Source: the human T2T-CHM13v2.0 reference genome, Homo sapiens
NCBI GenBank assembly: GCA_009914755.4
Contig: CP068257.2
Span: 15,264,001-15,328,000, forward strand
Reading direction: 5' to 3'
DNA length: 64,000 nt
Part shown: positions 12,373-24,197 of the stretch, in pieces
How the letters are laid out: every line of letters starts with the position of its first letter
Numbering within the stretch: position 1 is the stretch's first letter
The notes under the pieces: generated by a model
Database searches by the model: none
What the model was told of the DNA's origin: nothing
What the model saw: only the letters and a program-made list of their open reading frames with translations
Position numbers and translations under genes: made by a program

Positions 12373-12798
12373 AACAAGAATTATGTCCAACTATGATAGA
12401 CTGGATTAAGAAAATGTGGCATATATACAGCATGGAATACTATGCAGCCATAAAAATGATGAGTTCATGTCCTTTGTAGGGACATGGATGAAACTGGAAA
12501 TCATCATTCTCAGTGAACTATCACAAAGACAAAAAACCAAACACCGCATGTTCTCACTCATAGGTGGGAATTGAACAATGAGAACACATGGACACAGGAA
12601 GGGGAACATCACACTCTGGGGACTGTTGTGGGGTGGGGGGAGGGGGGAGGGATAGCATTAGGAGATATACCTAATGCTTAATGACGAGTTAATGGGTGCA
12701 GCACACCAGCATAGCACATGTATACATATGTAACTAACCTGCACATTGTGCACACGTACCCTAAAACTTAAAGTATAATAATAATAAAATAAAAAAAC
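12373..12798 (+). mobile_element. L1 (L1PA-type) 3' terminal fragment: end of ORF2, 3' UTR and poly(A); 5'-truncated
   Basis: Encodes the ORF2p C-terminus '...CPTMIDWIKKMWHIYSMEYYAAIK...'. It then reads 'gggaattgaacaatgagaacacatggacacagg', the G-rich tract 'ggggtggggggaggggggagggatagcattagg', and '...gtaccctaaaacttaaagtataataataataaaataaaaaaa'. It is flanked by the 9-bp direct repeat 'acaagaatt' at 12364-12372 and 12799-12807. Confidence 0.85.
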
Positions 12799-13574
12799 AC
12801 AAGAATTGATTCTTTTTAATTGATAGCAAAAATTTAAAAAAACAACTTATTGTCATCAAGGATTCACTATTACATTTTATAATATGGCTGGAATTATGAA
12901 ATGTGTGCTGGTATAATTAATATCAGATAGATAAAAATAATATTCTTTATCTTTGTTCTGTTACTAATCCTCAGAAATTAACAATAAGATCTCTTTGAAA
13001 AGTGTGTACATTAATTCTCTTGACCTGGGCATCATTGCAAGAATGCATATAATAGACAAGCAATAATTAAATGTCAAAGAAGTTGCTGCAATTTTTATTC
13101 AGAAGAATTTAAAAAGCACATATAAATTTTAAATGTGAAACAAGAATGTTATTTAAATCAGGAGGGAGTGTCGTTTCTTCCTAATGCCCTTGTCAAACAA
13201 CTACTCTAAAATAGCATTACATGTAATTCTGAAATGCCATGGATTAATAAGAGACATTCAAATTCTATAATGCAATTCAGTTTTTACCTCCGGTCATGAT
13301 TTTCTTTTCCATGGCCTTCAGTTTTGTCCTTAGACTCATATATGTGTAAATTGACAAATTTTCTTTTGTAATATAAATTTAAAAGAAGAGATAAAAATGC
13401 ACCATACAATTAAGAAGAGGGGAAGAATTATTTATTCACATACAGTTATCTGTGTGCACTTAGTCAATTCACAATCAATTTGAATTGTTATTTTTTAACC
13501 GAACTTGGAAAGTTTGGGATCTACAAAGTAGAAATTGAATTCTAGCCAAGAATTTACTACATAGCAGGTATAAA

Positions 13575-13972
13575 ATATGGTGAGTATCAACAGTTGAATG
13601 CTTGTACCCTTCCCCCAAATTCATGAGTTGAAGCCCTAAGCCCCAGTGTGGCTGTATTTGAAAACGGAGCCTTTGAGAAGGTGGTTAAGAGTAAATGAGG
13701 CTGTACAGGTGGAGCCCTAATCCAATAGGATTAATATTATCAGAAGAGACACCAGAGAGTTTGTGTTTCCCTTTCCCGTAACACATGGAGTGAAGAAGGC
13801 CAAAGTCAAGAGCAACCATCTACAAGCCAGGAAGAAAGTCCTCACCAGAAACTGAATTGTTCATAACCTTGATCTTGGACTTTTAGCCTCCAGAATTGTG
13901 AGAAAAACTACTGTTATTTAAGCCACCCAGTCTACAGTATTGTGTTATGGCAGCCTGAGCAGACTAAAACAG
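13575..13972 (+). mobile_element. ERVL-MaLR solitary LTR (MLT1-like)
   Basis: '...cccccaaattcatgagttgaagccctaagccccagtgtggctgtatttgaaaacggagcctttgagaaggtggttaagagtaaatgaggc...' through '...cctccagaattgtgagaaaaactactgttatttaagccacccagtctacagtattgtgttatggcagcctgagcagactaaaacag'. This is the typical MLT1/MST 3' end. Confidence 0.7.
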
Positions 13973-14993
13973 TCAGATAGAAACTAAGTGATTGTTCAGT
14001 GTAGCACTGATTACATTATAACATTGGCATAAATATCCTAACTGCAGCTATGAGAGGTTTGATAGATAGTGAAACAAATTCAAGAAGTTTTTCTAGTTTT
14101 TCAGCAAAATTTTAAAACTACAAAAAGGAATTAATATTTTAAACTCTAGATCAATTAACAGTCTTCATTTTGTTTAAAAACAATGTTTTGAATAGATTTT
14201 AAAGGACCAATTTTACAGCAACATCTAAACTCAATTTTCATAATTTCCAGTATTGCCTGAATAAGATTAGATTCTTTATTAATCACTGCCATAAAGGAAA
14301 TTCAACTTTAAATGGGATCTTTGACATCTTTCTTTCCCTAATCTTCTTTAGTGAATTTCCTTGCAGAAAAAAATAAAAGCTAAATGGTTAACCAGATTTT
14401 AAGGTTCTCATCTCAAAGTTTTCAAACTTGTAACTCCCCAAATATGTATGCCCAACACTAACTCCTGCCCTCAACCGAGGCCATCTTGCATCCCTAGCCT
14501 CCATCAGCTTATTATTTCCTTCATCAAAAACACAGCCTCCCTCCCTGATTCCAGGCTGTCACTGTCCATCATGGTTTACCCACTCTTGAGACTCACCTTA
14601 AGCAACATCATCAGGACACATTTCTATTTCCTCTCGATCGGAATCAACCACTGCCTTGGAGCTCTATAGATTTTTAAAAAATTTCTATAATAGTAGCATT
14701 TATCCCACGCTATTTTGTTTTATACTGTTTTACATCATTGCCTTTCCCCTCTAATAGAGTGTGATCTCTAAAACAGGAAAGACAGCAGCTAGTATCTTTT
14801 TGCATTTTCCAAAAAAACTAACCCAGTACCTATTGGCATAATCAGTGCTAAATTTTTGTTCTGAATCAATAAATCTGTAATGACTTGGGAAAGTAAAGTT
14901 ATGTTATTGATGTTCAGTTGTTGGTATTCTTCAAGAATCACAAAAATAATGAGTCTTGAATTTTAGTAATTTATTTTTTATAGCAGGCATTGG

Positions 14994-15303
14994 CAAACTA
15001 TGGCCCATGGGTCAAATCTGGGCATATTTCTATTTTTGTATAGCCTTCAAGCTAAAGAATAATTTTTACACTTTCCAGTGTTTATAAAAATCAAAAGCAG
15101 AATAATATTCTGTGACTCATGGCAATTACATAAAATTAAAATTTTATGTTTGTAAATAAAGTTTTACTGGAATGTAACTGTGCCATTAACTTGGGTATTA
15201 TCTATGGGTGCTTTTGTGCTACAACAGCAGGATTCAGTAGTTATGACAGATTGTATAGCTCACAAAGCCTGAAATCTTTACTATTTGACCTCTTACAGTA
15301 AAA
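14994..15303. mobile_element. hAT-type nonautonomous DNA transposon (MER30-like MITE), with internal extra sequence and a degenerate 3' TIR
   Basis: Starts 'caggcattggcaaactatggcccatgggtcaaatctgggc' (consensus-like 'caggggtcggcaaactatggcccgcgggccaaatc'). Ends '...gctacaacagcaggattcagtagttatgacagattgtatagctcacaaagcctgaaatctttactatttgacctcttacag'. The family name is from memory. Confidence 0.55.
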
Positions 15304-15992
15304 GAACTTAATAACACCTTTTAAGAATATTTGATTTGCAGTGTTTATTGTATCGATTTTGCACTTTTGTTTTGCCTTAATAAAACATTTCATTATTTGA
15401 CAATATATTGTGATGTTATATTTGAAAGAATTTTAAAAAGCAATGGTGGTAATATAAAAAAGTTTGGTGATCCAACAAGTACCAGAAGAATTATTTTCAA
15501 AAAGTTATGCCATGAAAGACTGAATTATCCAGGCATGTCAATGTTATAACATTTTATCATGTTATTATATAAAATAAGTTCTGGTTAGGTAGAAAGCCAA
15601 TATCAGTAAATGATCACTAAGTGCCTATATGTACAAGATGAAGAAAAGAGGACAATGGAAGAAAGGGGACAGAAACAAGAGAAATCAAGAAAGCAAGATA
15701 ACAACATCAGGAAATTAAGTGAAGAACAATGAGAGCAAGTTGTTTGGCCAGGGTGAGAAGACTATTTGTGGTGTCTTTAACAGATATAGAGTTCACAGCA
15801 ATTAAAAATATGTGGAGGAGCTTGATATAGTAAATTCTGAAAGTACCATGTTTGGGAGACTTGTGTGATGTCCAGGAAGAGATGTTCAACAGACAACTAG
15901 AAATACAATACTCAAGCTCAGGATACACCTTTGAGTGTGATCTTCTTACAAATAATAGTTGAAGATATGAGCATATAAAAACAGCAAAGAGC

Positions 15993-16157
15993 CAAGGACA
16001 GAAGTTAGGCAGAACATGTATAACATTGGCTTAGAGTAAGAGTCAAGGACAGAAGTTAGGTAGAACATGTATAACACTGGCTTGGAGTAAGATCCTAGGA
16101 CAGAAGTTAGGTATAACATTGTATAACATGTATAACATTGGCTTGGAGTAAGAGTTT
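15993..16157. repeat. Minisatellite, about 51-bp unit, 3 copies
   Basis: 'caaggacagaagttaggcagaacatgtataacattggcttagagtaagagt', then 'caaggacagaagttaggtagaacatgtataacactggcttggagtaagatc', then 'ctaggacagaagttaggtataacat[tgtataacat]gtataacattggcttggagtaagag'. Confidence 0.85.
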
Positions 16158-16514
16158 ATAGAAAAAAAAATTAAGTAGGTAGTAGGATCAGTAGAAAAGA
16201 GCATGATAAAATGAGATTTTCAAGAATACAGAGGTAATCGATGTAATATTGCTGACAACAGAAAGGCTAAGAAAATAAAATACATAGAAATGTCACTGGA
16301 TTTAGAAAGGAGCATATCATTGGGAGTACCACCTTTAGATACAGAGAAGGGGGCATCTTATACCACTAAAGAGCCCTTGAAACCACAAACATACTCACAC
16401 ACTACATTGTTATAAAAGAAGATATGGGCATATCCTTCTCTCAGGATTCGGCCCTCAGCTCTAAAAAGCCCCCAAATATTGTCTTTAATAAGCCCAGGAA
16501 ACATTTCTCATTAA

Positions 16515-17103
16515 GGCGCTATGTGCTAAATATGTCCCCCAAAATTCGTATGTTAAAAATGTATTCCCCAATGCAACAGTGTCAGGAGATGAGGCCTAAA
16601 AGGAAGTGTTTAGGTCATAAGGGTTCTGGCCTCATGAATAGTTTAATGCCACTATAAATAAGATTTGCATAAATTAGTTAGGTGTGGTGGTGCATACCTG
16701 TAGTCCCAGCTACTTAGGAGGGTGCGGTGGGAGGATCACTTGAGCTAGGTAGATTGAGGCTGCAGTGAGCCATGATCATGCCTTTGCAATCCAGCCTGGT
16801 GACAGAGTGAGACCCTGTCTCAAAAAAAAAAAAAAAAAAAAAGAAAGAAAAAAGAAAAAAAAGAACTTTCAGGAGTGGGGCATGGGTTCTCTCTCTTCTG
16901 TTTTTCTCCATGTGAGGACATGGTATTTAACCACCCTCGCCCTTCCACTTTACACCATGGGAGGATGGAGCAAGAAGACCCACACCAGATGCCAGCCCCT
17001 TGCTCTTGAATTTCCCCACCTCCATCACTGTGAGAAATAAATTTCTGTTTTTTATAAATTACCCAGTCTCAGATGCAGCAGCAGAAAACAGACTGAGACA
17101 GTG
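16515..17103 (+). mobile_element. ERVL-MaLR LTR (MST/MLT1-like), interrupted by an Alu fragment
   Basis: The left part reads '...atgtcccccaaaattcgtatgttaaaaatgtattccccaatgcaacagtgtcaggagatgaggcctaaaaggaagtgtttaggtcataagggttctggcctcatgaatag'. The right part reads '...ccatgtgaggacatggt...cactgtgagaaataaatttctgttttttataaattacccagtctcagatgcagcagcag...'. Confidence 0.55.
16681..16863 (+). mobile_element. 5'-truncated Alu (right arm plus A-rich tail), inserted in the MaLR LTR
   Basis: 'aaattagttaggtgtggtggtgcatacctgtagtcccagctacttaggagg...cagcctggtgacagagtgagaccctgtctcaaaaaaaaa...'. Confidence 0.85.
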
Positions 17104-17826
17104 CTCTAAACATAGGCAATTGAATTTCAGTGTTGTCAAGATCTCTGGTTTGTGCTACTAGCAAAGACAGGGATGGGATGCTAGGAGGATTTGAATAATG
17201 GCATTGCATAGAAAAAAATTGACAATTTAATTAATTTTTCAATTTTTTTTCCTCAGATAATGCATATTCAGTAAACTCTTGCATTACAAAATGTGTTTTC
17301 CCAGCAATGCCAAATAACCATTTTCTTCTTTTTCTTTGTCTTCCATATTGGTGTGAGGTACTTAGAAATTAATGCTGTATTTGCAGCAATTGTAATACTT
17401 ACTGGGGAAAATATTTGACTATACTTTGCAATTTATATTGCTCTAAAATTTGTATATAACTAACTAGGTATAGAATTAATATGCTTGGACAGTAGCACTT
17501 TTTTTTTTAAACATTTTCACCTAAATTCTATTTGAATGCTAGAATATCTAATACTAGAATGGCTAATAATAATACACCTTTCCAAATTCTTTTAGTAAAA
17601 ATTTATATATAATTTAATTTGCCAAAAGATGAAAACAAAATTATTTAGCTTTATTTAAACATTTTATCATTAAAATGTTCATACTTATTAACTATAAATT
17701 TTCCTTTACATTTTAATAGATATACTATTTTAGAAGAAAAATATATTTTAACATATATAAAAATAATTTTTTTTATATTTACATGTGTTTATAATATTTT
17801 TAATAAAAATATGTTAAGTTTCATCC

Positions 17827-17945
17827 AGGAGTAGTGGCACAGGCCTATAGTCCCAGTTACTTGGATGCTTGAAGTGGGAGCACCACTTGAGCCCAGGGGT
17901 TCAAGGTTCAAGTTAGCAAGACCCTGTCTCTATGTTTAAAAAAAA
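17827..17945 (+). mobile_element. Alu-monomer-like fragment (FRAM/FLAM-type or truncated Alu right arm)
   Basis: 'ggagtagtggcacaggcctatagtcccagttacttggatgcttgaagtgggagcaccacttgagcccaggggttcaagg...caagaccctgtctctatgtttaaaaaaaa'. Confidence 0.55.
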
Positions 17946-19759
17946 GTTAAATTTAATAAATTTTGTATATGATTACATTTAATTTTTAAACTCTTTAATA
18001 ATGATAATGAATACAAGTTGCTTTCTTAATATAAATATAAAAAATAAGCAGAGCTTTCAAACATTTTAAAAATCTGAAAAGATAAAATAGAAAATCTTCA
18101 AAGAGGATGATTGCCTAAATGTTTAAAAAGAAAAGATAATTAAAGGAAGAAGACTTCTGTAGAGCATGATTTATACAAAAAAAGAACATTATATATATAT
18201 ACATATAAACAGAACATTATGAAGCTTTTTTATATTTAAAAGTTATAATTTCTGATCAAAGCAATGAGATGAATCATACAATTTTTCTTATCAGGTCCAA
18301 AACTGAAACAGGTTAAATGAATTCCTATTATTTCTAACACTTCAACAAAGATAGATTACTGATCAAAACAATAAAATTGAGAAAAAAAATTATATCAGAT
18401 TTGCAACAAATGCAACTCTGGCCTGCTGTTTAGAAGATAAGTTAAATTCATGAAAACAAGAAATTGAGAAAAGAAAAACAACACCTCAATTTTTCTATGT
18501 TTACGAGATCACAATTCTGGAAAATGGCTATGGCATTCCTCTCACGGTATGAAATGATTGTAGCTACACACAACCTGACTCAAAAGTTTGAAATTTTCTA
18601 TTGAAATGAACATGGTTGAAAATTTAGTATTTAACTATACACCAAAATTAATTCCCATAAAGAAAAAAAAGTACAGAGGTTACAGTTTGGGTTATTGTTA
18701 CATATTTCACAATCAATTTTTGAAATCACCTCTGTAAAAAGCTGTTACTGGAAACATTTTGATTTCAAATTAAAACAATATAAAACTTCCCTTACACAGG
18801 AAAAAAAAACACATTTAATTACTGCTCTGAAAGAAAGGAACTGAATAGATAGCAAATGAACAATAGTATTAAATAAATATAAATAAATCCTAATACAAAA
18901 TGTGATGTTCTTAAAGAATACATTATGTGGCAAATAATTAGCCAATCATAATAGTGCTTTACAAGACACAAACAACACAGTAATTACAGAAAATAACACA
19001 AATTTTCTGGTTTAGTAGAAATCATTTTGAAATTGAGACCAAAATAGCCAAAATATAAGATATATTAAAAATAACAAAATATTATCACTACTCAGAATGG
19101 ATAAATCAAAATCAAATTATTAACTTAATAGATAGTAAAGTGAGAGAAGAAATGTTATACAAAAATTATAAGTAAATACTATTTATTAGTTCAACTAGAT
19201 TGTACAGGAGAAGAAATCCGAGCAGAAAATGACATTAACTGTGGATAATTCAATTATCAGAGGAAGAAAACAAGGATGTTAAAATTAATATTTCACTGTT
19301 TTTATACCTGGTGTTTTTAAAAAATGCATGGTTTTGACTTCAGTGAAGGACTGAAAAAAACAAATATTGTTTTTAAGCCTTTTCCAAGGCTTAAAATCTT
19401 AAAATCTTTCTGTCCAGAAAGATTATGAAGGACAACACTATGATAATGTTATTAGAATGATTGATTAAGAAGGAAGATTACAAAGTAGAATTTTGGCTGA
19501 TCTTTCTGAGACATTCTTCATGTCATGTGCAGCCCATAATTTGAATTTGTTATCAAGAGGCCTCAACTGGACCCAAAGAAGTGATAAAATAATTTGTAAG
19601 AATTCAAATACTATATATGATGGTTTTTTGAATCTGTCTAAAGATGTAATATCTTGAAAAAAGATACTAAGTTTAAAAATTTTTTGAGGCATGATGAAAA
19701 TGCTAAGTGATGTTAAGATATACAAAATTTTAAAAATGCACTTTAAAAGATAAGCAAAA

Positions 19760-20027
19760 CACTTTGGAAGGCCGAGTCAGGCGGATCACTTGAGATCAGG
19801 AGTTCAAGACCAGCCTGGGTAACATGATGACATTCCGTCTCTACTAAAAATACAAAAATCAGCTGGGTGCGGTGGTGCACGCCTGTAATCCCAGCTACTC
19901 AGGAAGCTGAGGCAGGAGGATCGCTTGAACTCGGGTGGGGGCAGGTTGCAGTGAGCCAAGATTGTGATATTGCACTCCAGACTGGCTAACAGAGTGACAC
20001 TGTCTCAAAAAAAAAAAAAAAAAAAAG
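19760..20027 (+). mobile_element. Alu SINE, 5'-truncated by about 28 nt, with poly(A) tail
   Basis: 'cactttggaaggccgagtcaggcggatcacttgagatcaggagttcaagaccagcctgg...gcactccagactggctaacagagtgacactgtctcaaaaaaaaaaaaaaaaaaaa'. Confidence 0.9.
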
Positions 20028-20043
20028 CAAGAGTAGAAGCTCT

Positions 20044-20135
20044 AGCCAGGTATGGTGGTGCATGTCTGTAGTCCCAGCTACTTGGGAAGCTGAGGTGGAA
20101 GGCCAGCCTGGGCAACAGGGCAAGACTCCATCTCT
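20044..20135 (+). mobile_element. Alu right-arm fragment with internal deletion
   Basis: 'agccaggtatggtggtgcatgtctgtagtcccagctacttgggaagctgaggtggaaggccagcctgggcaacagggcaagactccatctctga'. Confidence 0.8.
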
Positions 20136-20162
20136 GAATGAATGAATGAATGAATGAATGAG
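20136..20162. repeat. (GAAT)n / (ATGA)n microsatellite derived from the Alu A-tail
   Basis: 'atgaatgaatgaatgaatgaatgag'. Confidence 0.85.
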
Positions 20163-22217
20163 CAAATAACCAGAGACTCAGACTGAAGTAAATTTTGGTT
20201 TTGGGTAGGAAATATAATAACTTTCAATTTGTATCATTCAAAATTATTTGATTTGAACTGTTGAAAGCTAGTATTTTAACCAGTTAGAAAAACAAATAAA
20301 TGCAAGTTTGTGAATTTTACTTTTTACAAAAGATTGAAGTTTACAGTTTTAAAATTTTAGAGATAATGTTCTTTAATATCAAAAGAAAATGCCTTTGAAA
20401 TATGTAACAAAATGGCATTCCAATATAATATGAGACAGAATAGGAAAATGAGAATTTTTGCATGACTGTGAAGGAGACAATACACACATAAATAATCTCA
20501 AAACCAAGATTAATAGAAATTACGTTCTGGCCATTACAGATCTAGGTATAGTCTCGATTTTACTATTTTCTGTGTTCTTTATAATATCCCAGAATTAAAA
20601 TTTTTAAAGAAAGAATTTAATAAACATTTTATGAATCTAGATATTACTTTTAGATAATGAGGAGCATTACATACATGACATAAATTTATGCGATTAAAAT
20701 ATGTTTAGTATTTTCTGAAATGACATTACCAATTGTGACCTCATTACAATATTTGATCATAGTATGCAAAATTTATGGCTTATTTTAAAATCTGAGCTTG
20801 AAAAACTTAACAATCCTATTTTCCACTGACTTGCAGAATAAAGTATAAGTCAAATTCAAATAAGAACAATGAGAAAAAATTGAATATTTTGGCATTATTG
20901 TTAATAGTGCACAAATTATTTGAAAATTTTAATTATAAAGTATAACTAGTTAATTTTCTTTAAAAAGATAAGAAAAATAAATGTGATGAAATAAGTATGT
21001 AGTTTATGATTTATGAATATCATCATTTCATTCTTACCCAAACATCACTGCCCATCACCAGAAAACCAGACATGTACAATAAAGAAGTTTGCACATCTTT
21101 GGTATTTTGCCAAGTTGCAGATATGAAACATCACAGGTGTACATGCTGCTATGAAAGTATTTTGTCAAAAGAATAAAATATATTTGTTACCTCAATGCAC
21201 ATTCTTTTTAATAATTAGACATATAGCATGTGGGCCTCCATTTATTATAATATCCAGGGCTCTAAAAATATTAGTGGCAGGACTGATATTGTTTTCTATT
21301 AAAAAAAGATACTTATATTCCAAATTGAAGACCAAGTCAGATTGCAAAATTTTACATTTGTGTTGTAGAGTTAAGATCAGAAGATGAATAGATGAATCTT
21401 GCCTATTAAGGCCAGATGATCAGATGACTTACGTAAAAGCAATGCAATGCTTTTTTTTTCTTTCCTTCTTTTTTTTTTTTGTTTTTTGTTCTTTAAGTAT
21501 GTTAGGATCCCAATAGAAAATACATTCAAATTAGGGTAATTCAACAAGAGTTTAACAAAAAAAAAAACCCAACAACACTTATAAAAGTACGGGTATAAAA
21601 ACATGACAAGAACACACTAAGTATTGGCAGAGATCTTAACACCTCTGGGCCCTAAGAGCTGCCTTGAGTGAAAGAAGTTTTTTTAGAGACAGTCAGCCCA
21701 AAGGAACCCCACAGGGATGAAGCCAGGGGAAAAAAACAATCAATCAAACTCCTACACTTCTTCCTTATATTTTCTGTGTGGATCTCATTGGGTGAAACCA
21801 ACCATAAGCCAGAGAACAAGAGAACAAATTGATGAAATACATACAACTCATTGATGAAACCTACATAGATCAGCCTCTCAAGACACAGATCATGGTGGAG
21901 AGGAATGATGAACAGATCTGATGGGAAAGCAGAAATTACCTGGAACAGCATATTTTTCTCCTTTTAGAATCCACTCATCCTTCATTCACTTAGAAAGGTT
22001 TTATTCTCCACACATGGGGCATACAAATACCGTAAGGTACTGTATCATTGTAGTGATGTTAATTTGCTTGTACTTTCCACTGGATACTGAAATATTTTCT
22101 GTCACTAATGTTCTTCATAAAAAATTGAAGGAGGGGCATAGAAATGTAATCAGTGTTTTTTTTTTTTTTTTTTTTAAATTGAGTAATACCATTTACTTCT
22201 CCAGTAAATAGCTACAA

Positions 22218-22496
22218 GCTCAGGCCTGTAATCCCAGCACTTTTGGGGGCCAAGGAGGGTGGATCACAAGGTCAGGAGTTCGAGACCAGCCTGGCCAACA
22301 TGGTAAAACCCCGTCTCTACTAAAAATACAAAAATTAGCCAGGCCTGGTGGCAGTCACCTGTAATCCCAGCTATTTGGGAGGCTGAGGCAGGAGAATCGC
22401 TTCAACCCAGGAGGTGGAGGTTACAGTGAGCGAAGATTGTGCCATTGCCCTCCAGCCTGGGCAACAAGAACAAAACTCCATCTCAAAAAAAAAAAA
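22218..22496 (+). mobile_element. Alu SINE, slightly 5'-truncated, with poly(A); 8-bp TSD 'agctacaa'
   Basis: 'gctcaggcctgtaatcccagcacttttgggggccaaggagggtggatcacaaggtcaggagttcgagaccagcctggcc...' through 'ccatctcaaaaaaaaaaaa'. The direct repeat lies at 22210-22217 and 22497-22504. Confidence 0.9.
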
Positions 22497-23960
22497 AGCT
22501 ACAAAAGTTTGCTTCCACAGCTGGTTAAAAACCTAACTTAGTAAGCATAGTTGTTTCGTTTACAATGTATTCAACTTACACTCCACCAGCACCCCAGCTC
22601 TCACAACACCTGACACCTACTGTCACAGATCCTGTACCCTTAGAAATGTGGTATTTGTGTGCAAAAAGTTTATTTGGACATGCTCAAGATAAACAGCTAT
22701 GAAGTATGGACACACAACTGGATAGTAAGATAATTTGAGTAGTGATGCAGCCACGACCAAGAAATCAGTTGATTCTATGGATGAATTTGGAGCTGGAATG
22801 GTTCAGAGACACTCTACACTGTGGCACAGGGACAGGCCCATATACCTCTCTGTTGACCAATTATTGGACTTGGCTGCCCCCAGGAAGAGGGCATGACCTT
22901 AGGTGGGTAGACTATTCAACCTAAAGAAAGTCCTGGACAGGAAGGCAGCTGAGAACCATTGGCTGCCAAGACTCTCAGCAGTCCAAGAAATGAATATTTC
23001 AGACCTGGAGGACTGAATCTTGGCAGTGAACCATGCCACACACTATAGATAGCCACTGTTTTCAGAGACCCTCTTGGGAGCTGCCGTCCAATTCTAGCTA
23101 GTGCTGGTATAACAATCACACCCAGTAGCAAACCAGGTTCGTTCTTTTTCCTTCTCCATAATGGCAAAGCAATGAAGCAGATACCATGTTAAACTGAGCC
23201 ATCCATTTGTGCTTTTTACTTATGTCTCCCAGAGCAGCTTCAGCTCAGTCTAATATATACCACTTCCATTTTATAAAGTAATGCTGTCATGCATATCCAA
23301 TTTTATGGTTGGGTTAAGCAGGTAACATACAATTCATCTTAAACAGTATGATTCACATAGCCATGGGGTTTTACAAGGCCATGCATTCACTTTCTATCAG
23401 AGCCCATTTGCAAGACAGAAGAAACTTTTCAAATGGAAATAGTTGATAGAATAGAAGGGAATTACATTACTCCTTAAGTGTAGATATCTGAGCTGTAATT
23501 GCTCTTATCTGGGTTTGGAAGGGTTTCATACAAAAATCATGTCTGTCACAAATGCTTCAAAAATGAGTGGATGTGCTAGGTTATTAGACCCAAAAGGCAA
23601 TATGGCATGAACCAAAACCAGTCTGGTTGCAGAGCTTTTTCTTATTCAAGACTCAAATCAATGCTGGCACCTGTCCAAATAAGTAAATGAGTTGGAGAAG
23701 GTTGACCAAATACAGTATATATTGGTTCCAAAATCCAAAGAGGCCTACTAAGTTATGTGTTTCTTTCACTGTGTTGGGTAACATAACTTGACTCATATTT
23801 CAGAAGGACTATCTTACCAAAAATTTCACTGATGTGGCATACCACAGAACTTTTTAGTCATTTATCTCCCATTTTCTGCAATGCACCTATATTACTAGGA
23901 TATTTATGTTTTTACTTTCTGTTTGCCATTTTCAGTGAGTATAATGTCTTCAGTACAAAG

Positions 23961-24197
23961 CAAGCTTGTCCAACCCATGACCCACAGGCCACATGTGGCC
24001 CAGAACAGCTTTGAATACGGATCAACACAAATTCATAAACTTTCTTAAAACATCATGATTTTTTTTGTGATTTTCTTTTTTTTTTTTAGCTCAGCAGCTT
24101 TTGTTAGTGTTAGTGTATTTTATGTATGACCCAAGACAATTCTTCTTCCAGTGTGTCCCAGGGAAGCCAAAAGATTAGACAACCCTGGTATAAAGGA
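23961..24197. mobile_element. hAT-type MITE (MER58-like), full length about 237 bp with 8-bp TSD
   Basis: TIR-like ends 'caagcttgtccaaccc...' and '...gccaaaagattagacaaccctg'. Flanking 8-mers are 'gtacaaag' (23953-23960) and 'gtataaag' (24198-24205), a 7/8 match. The 8-bp size is what hAT elements produce. Confidence 0.55.
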
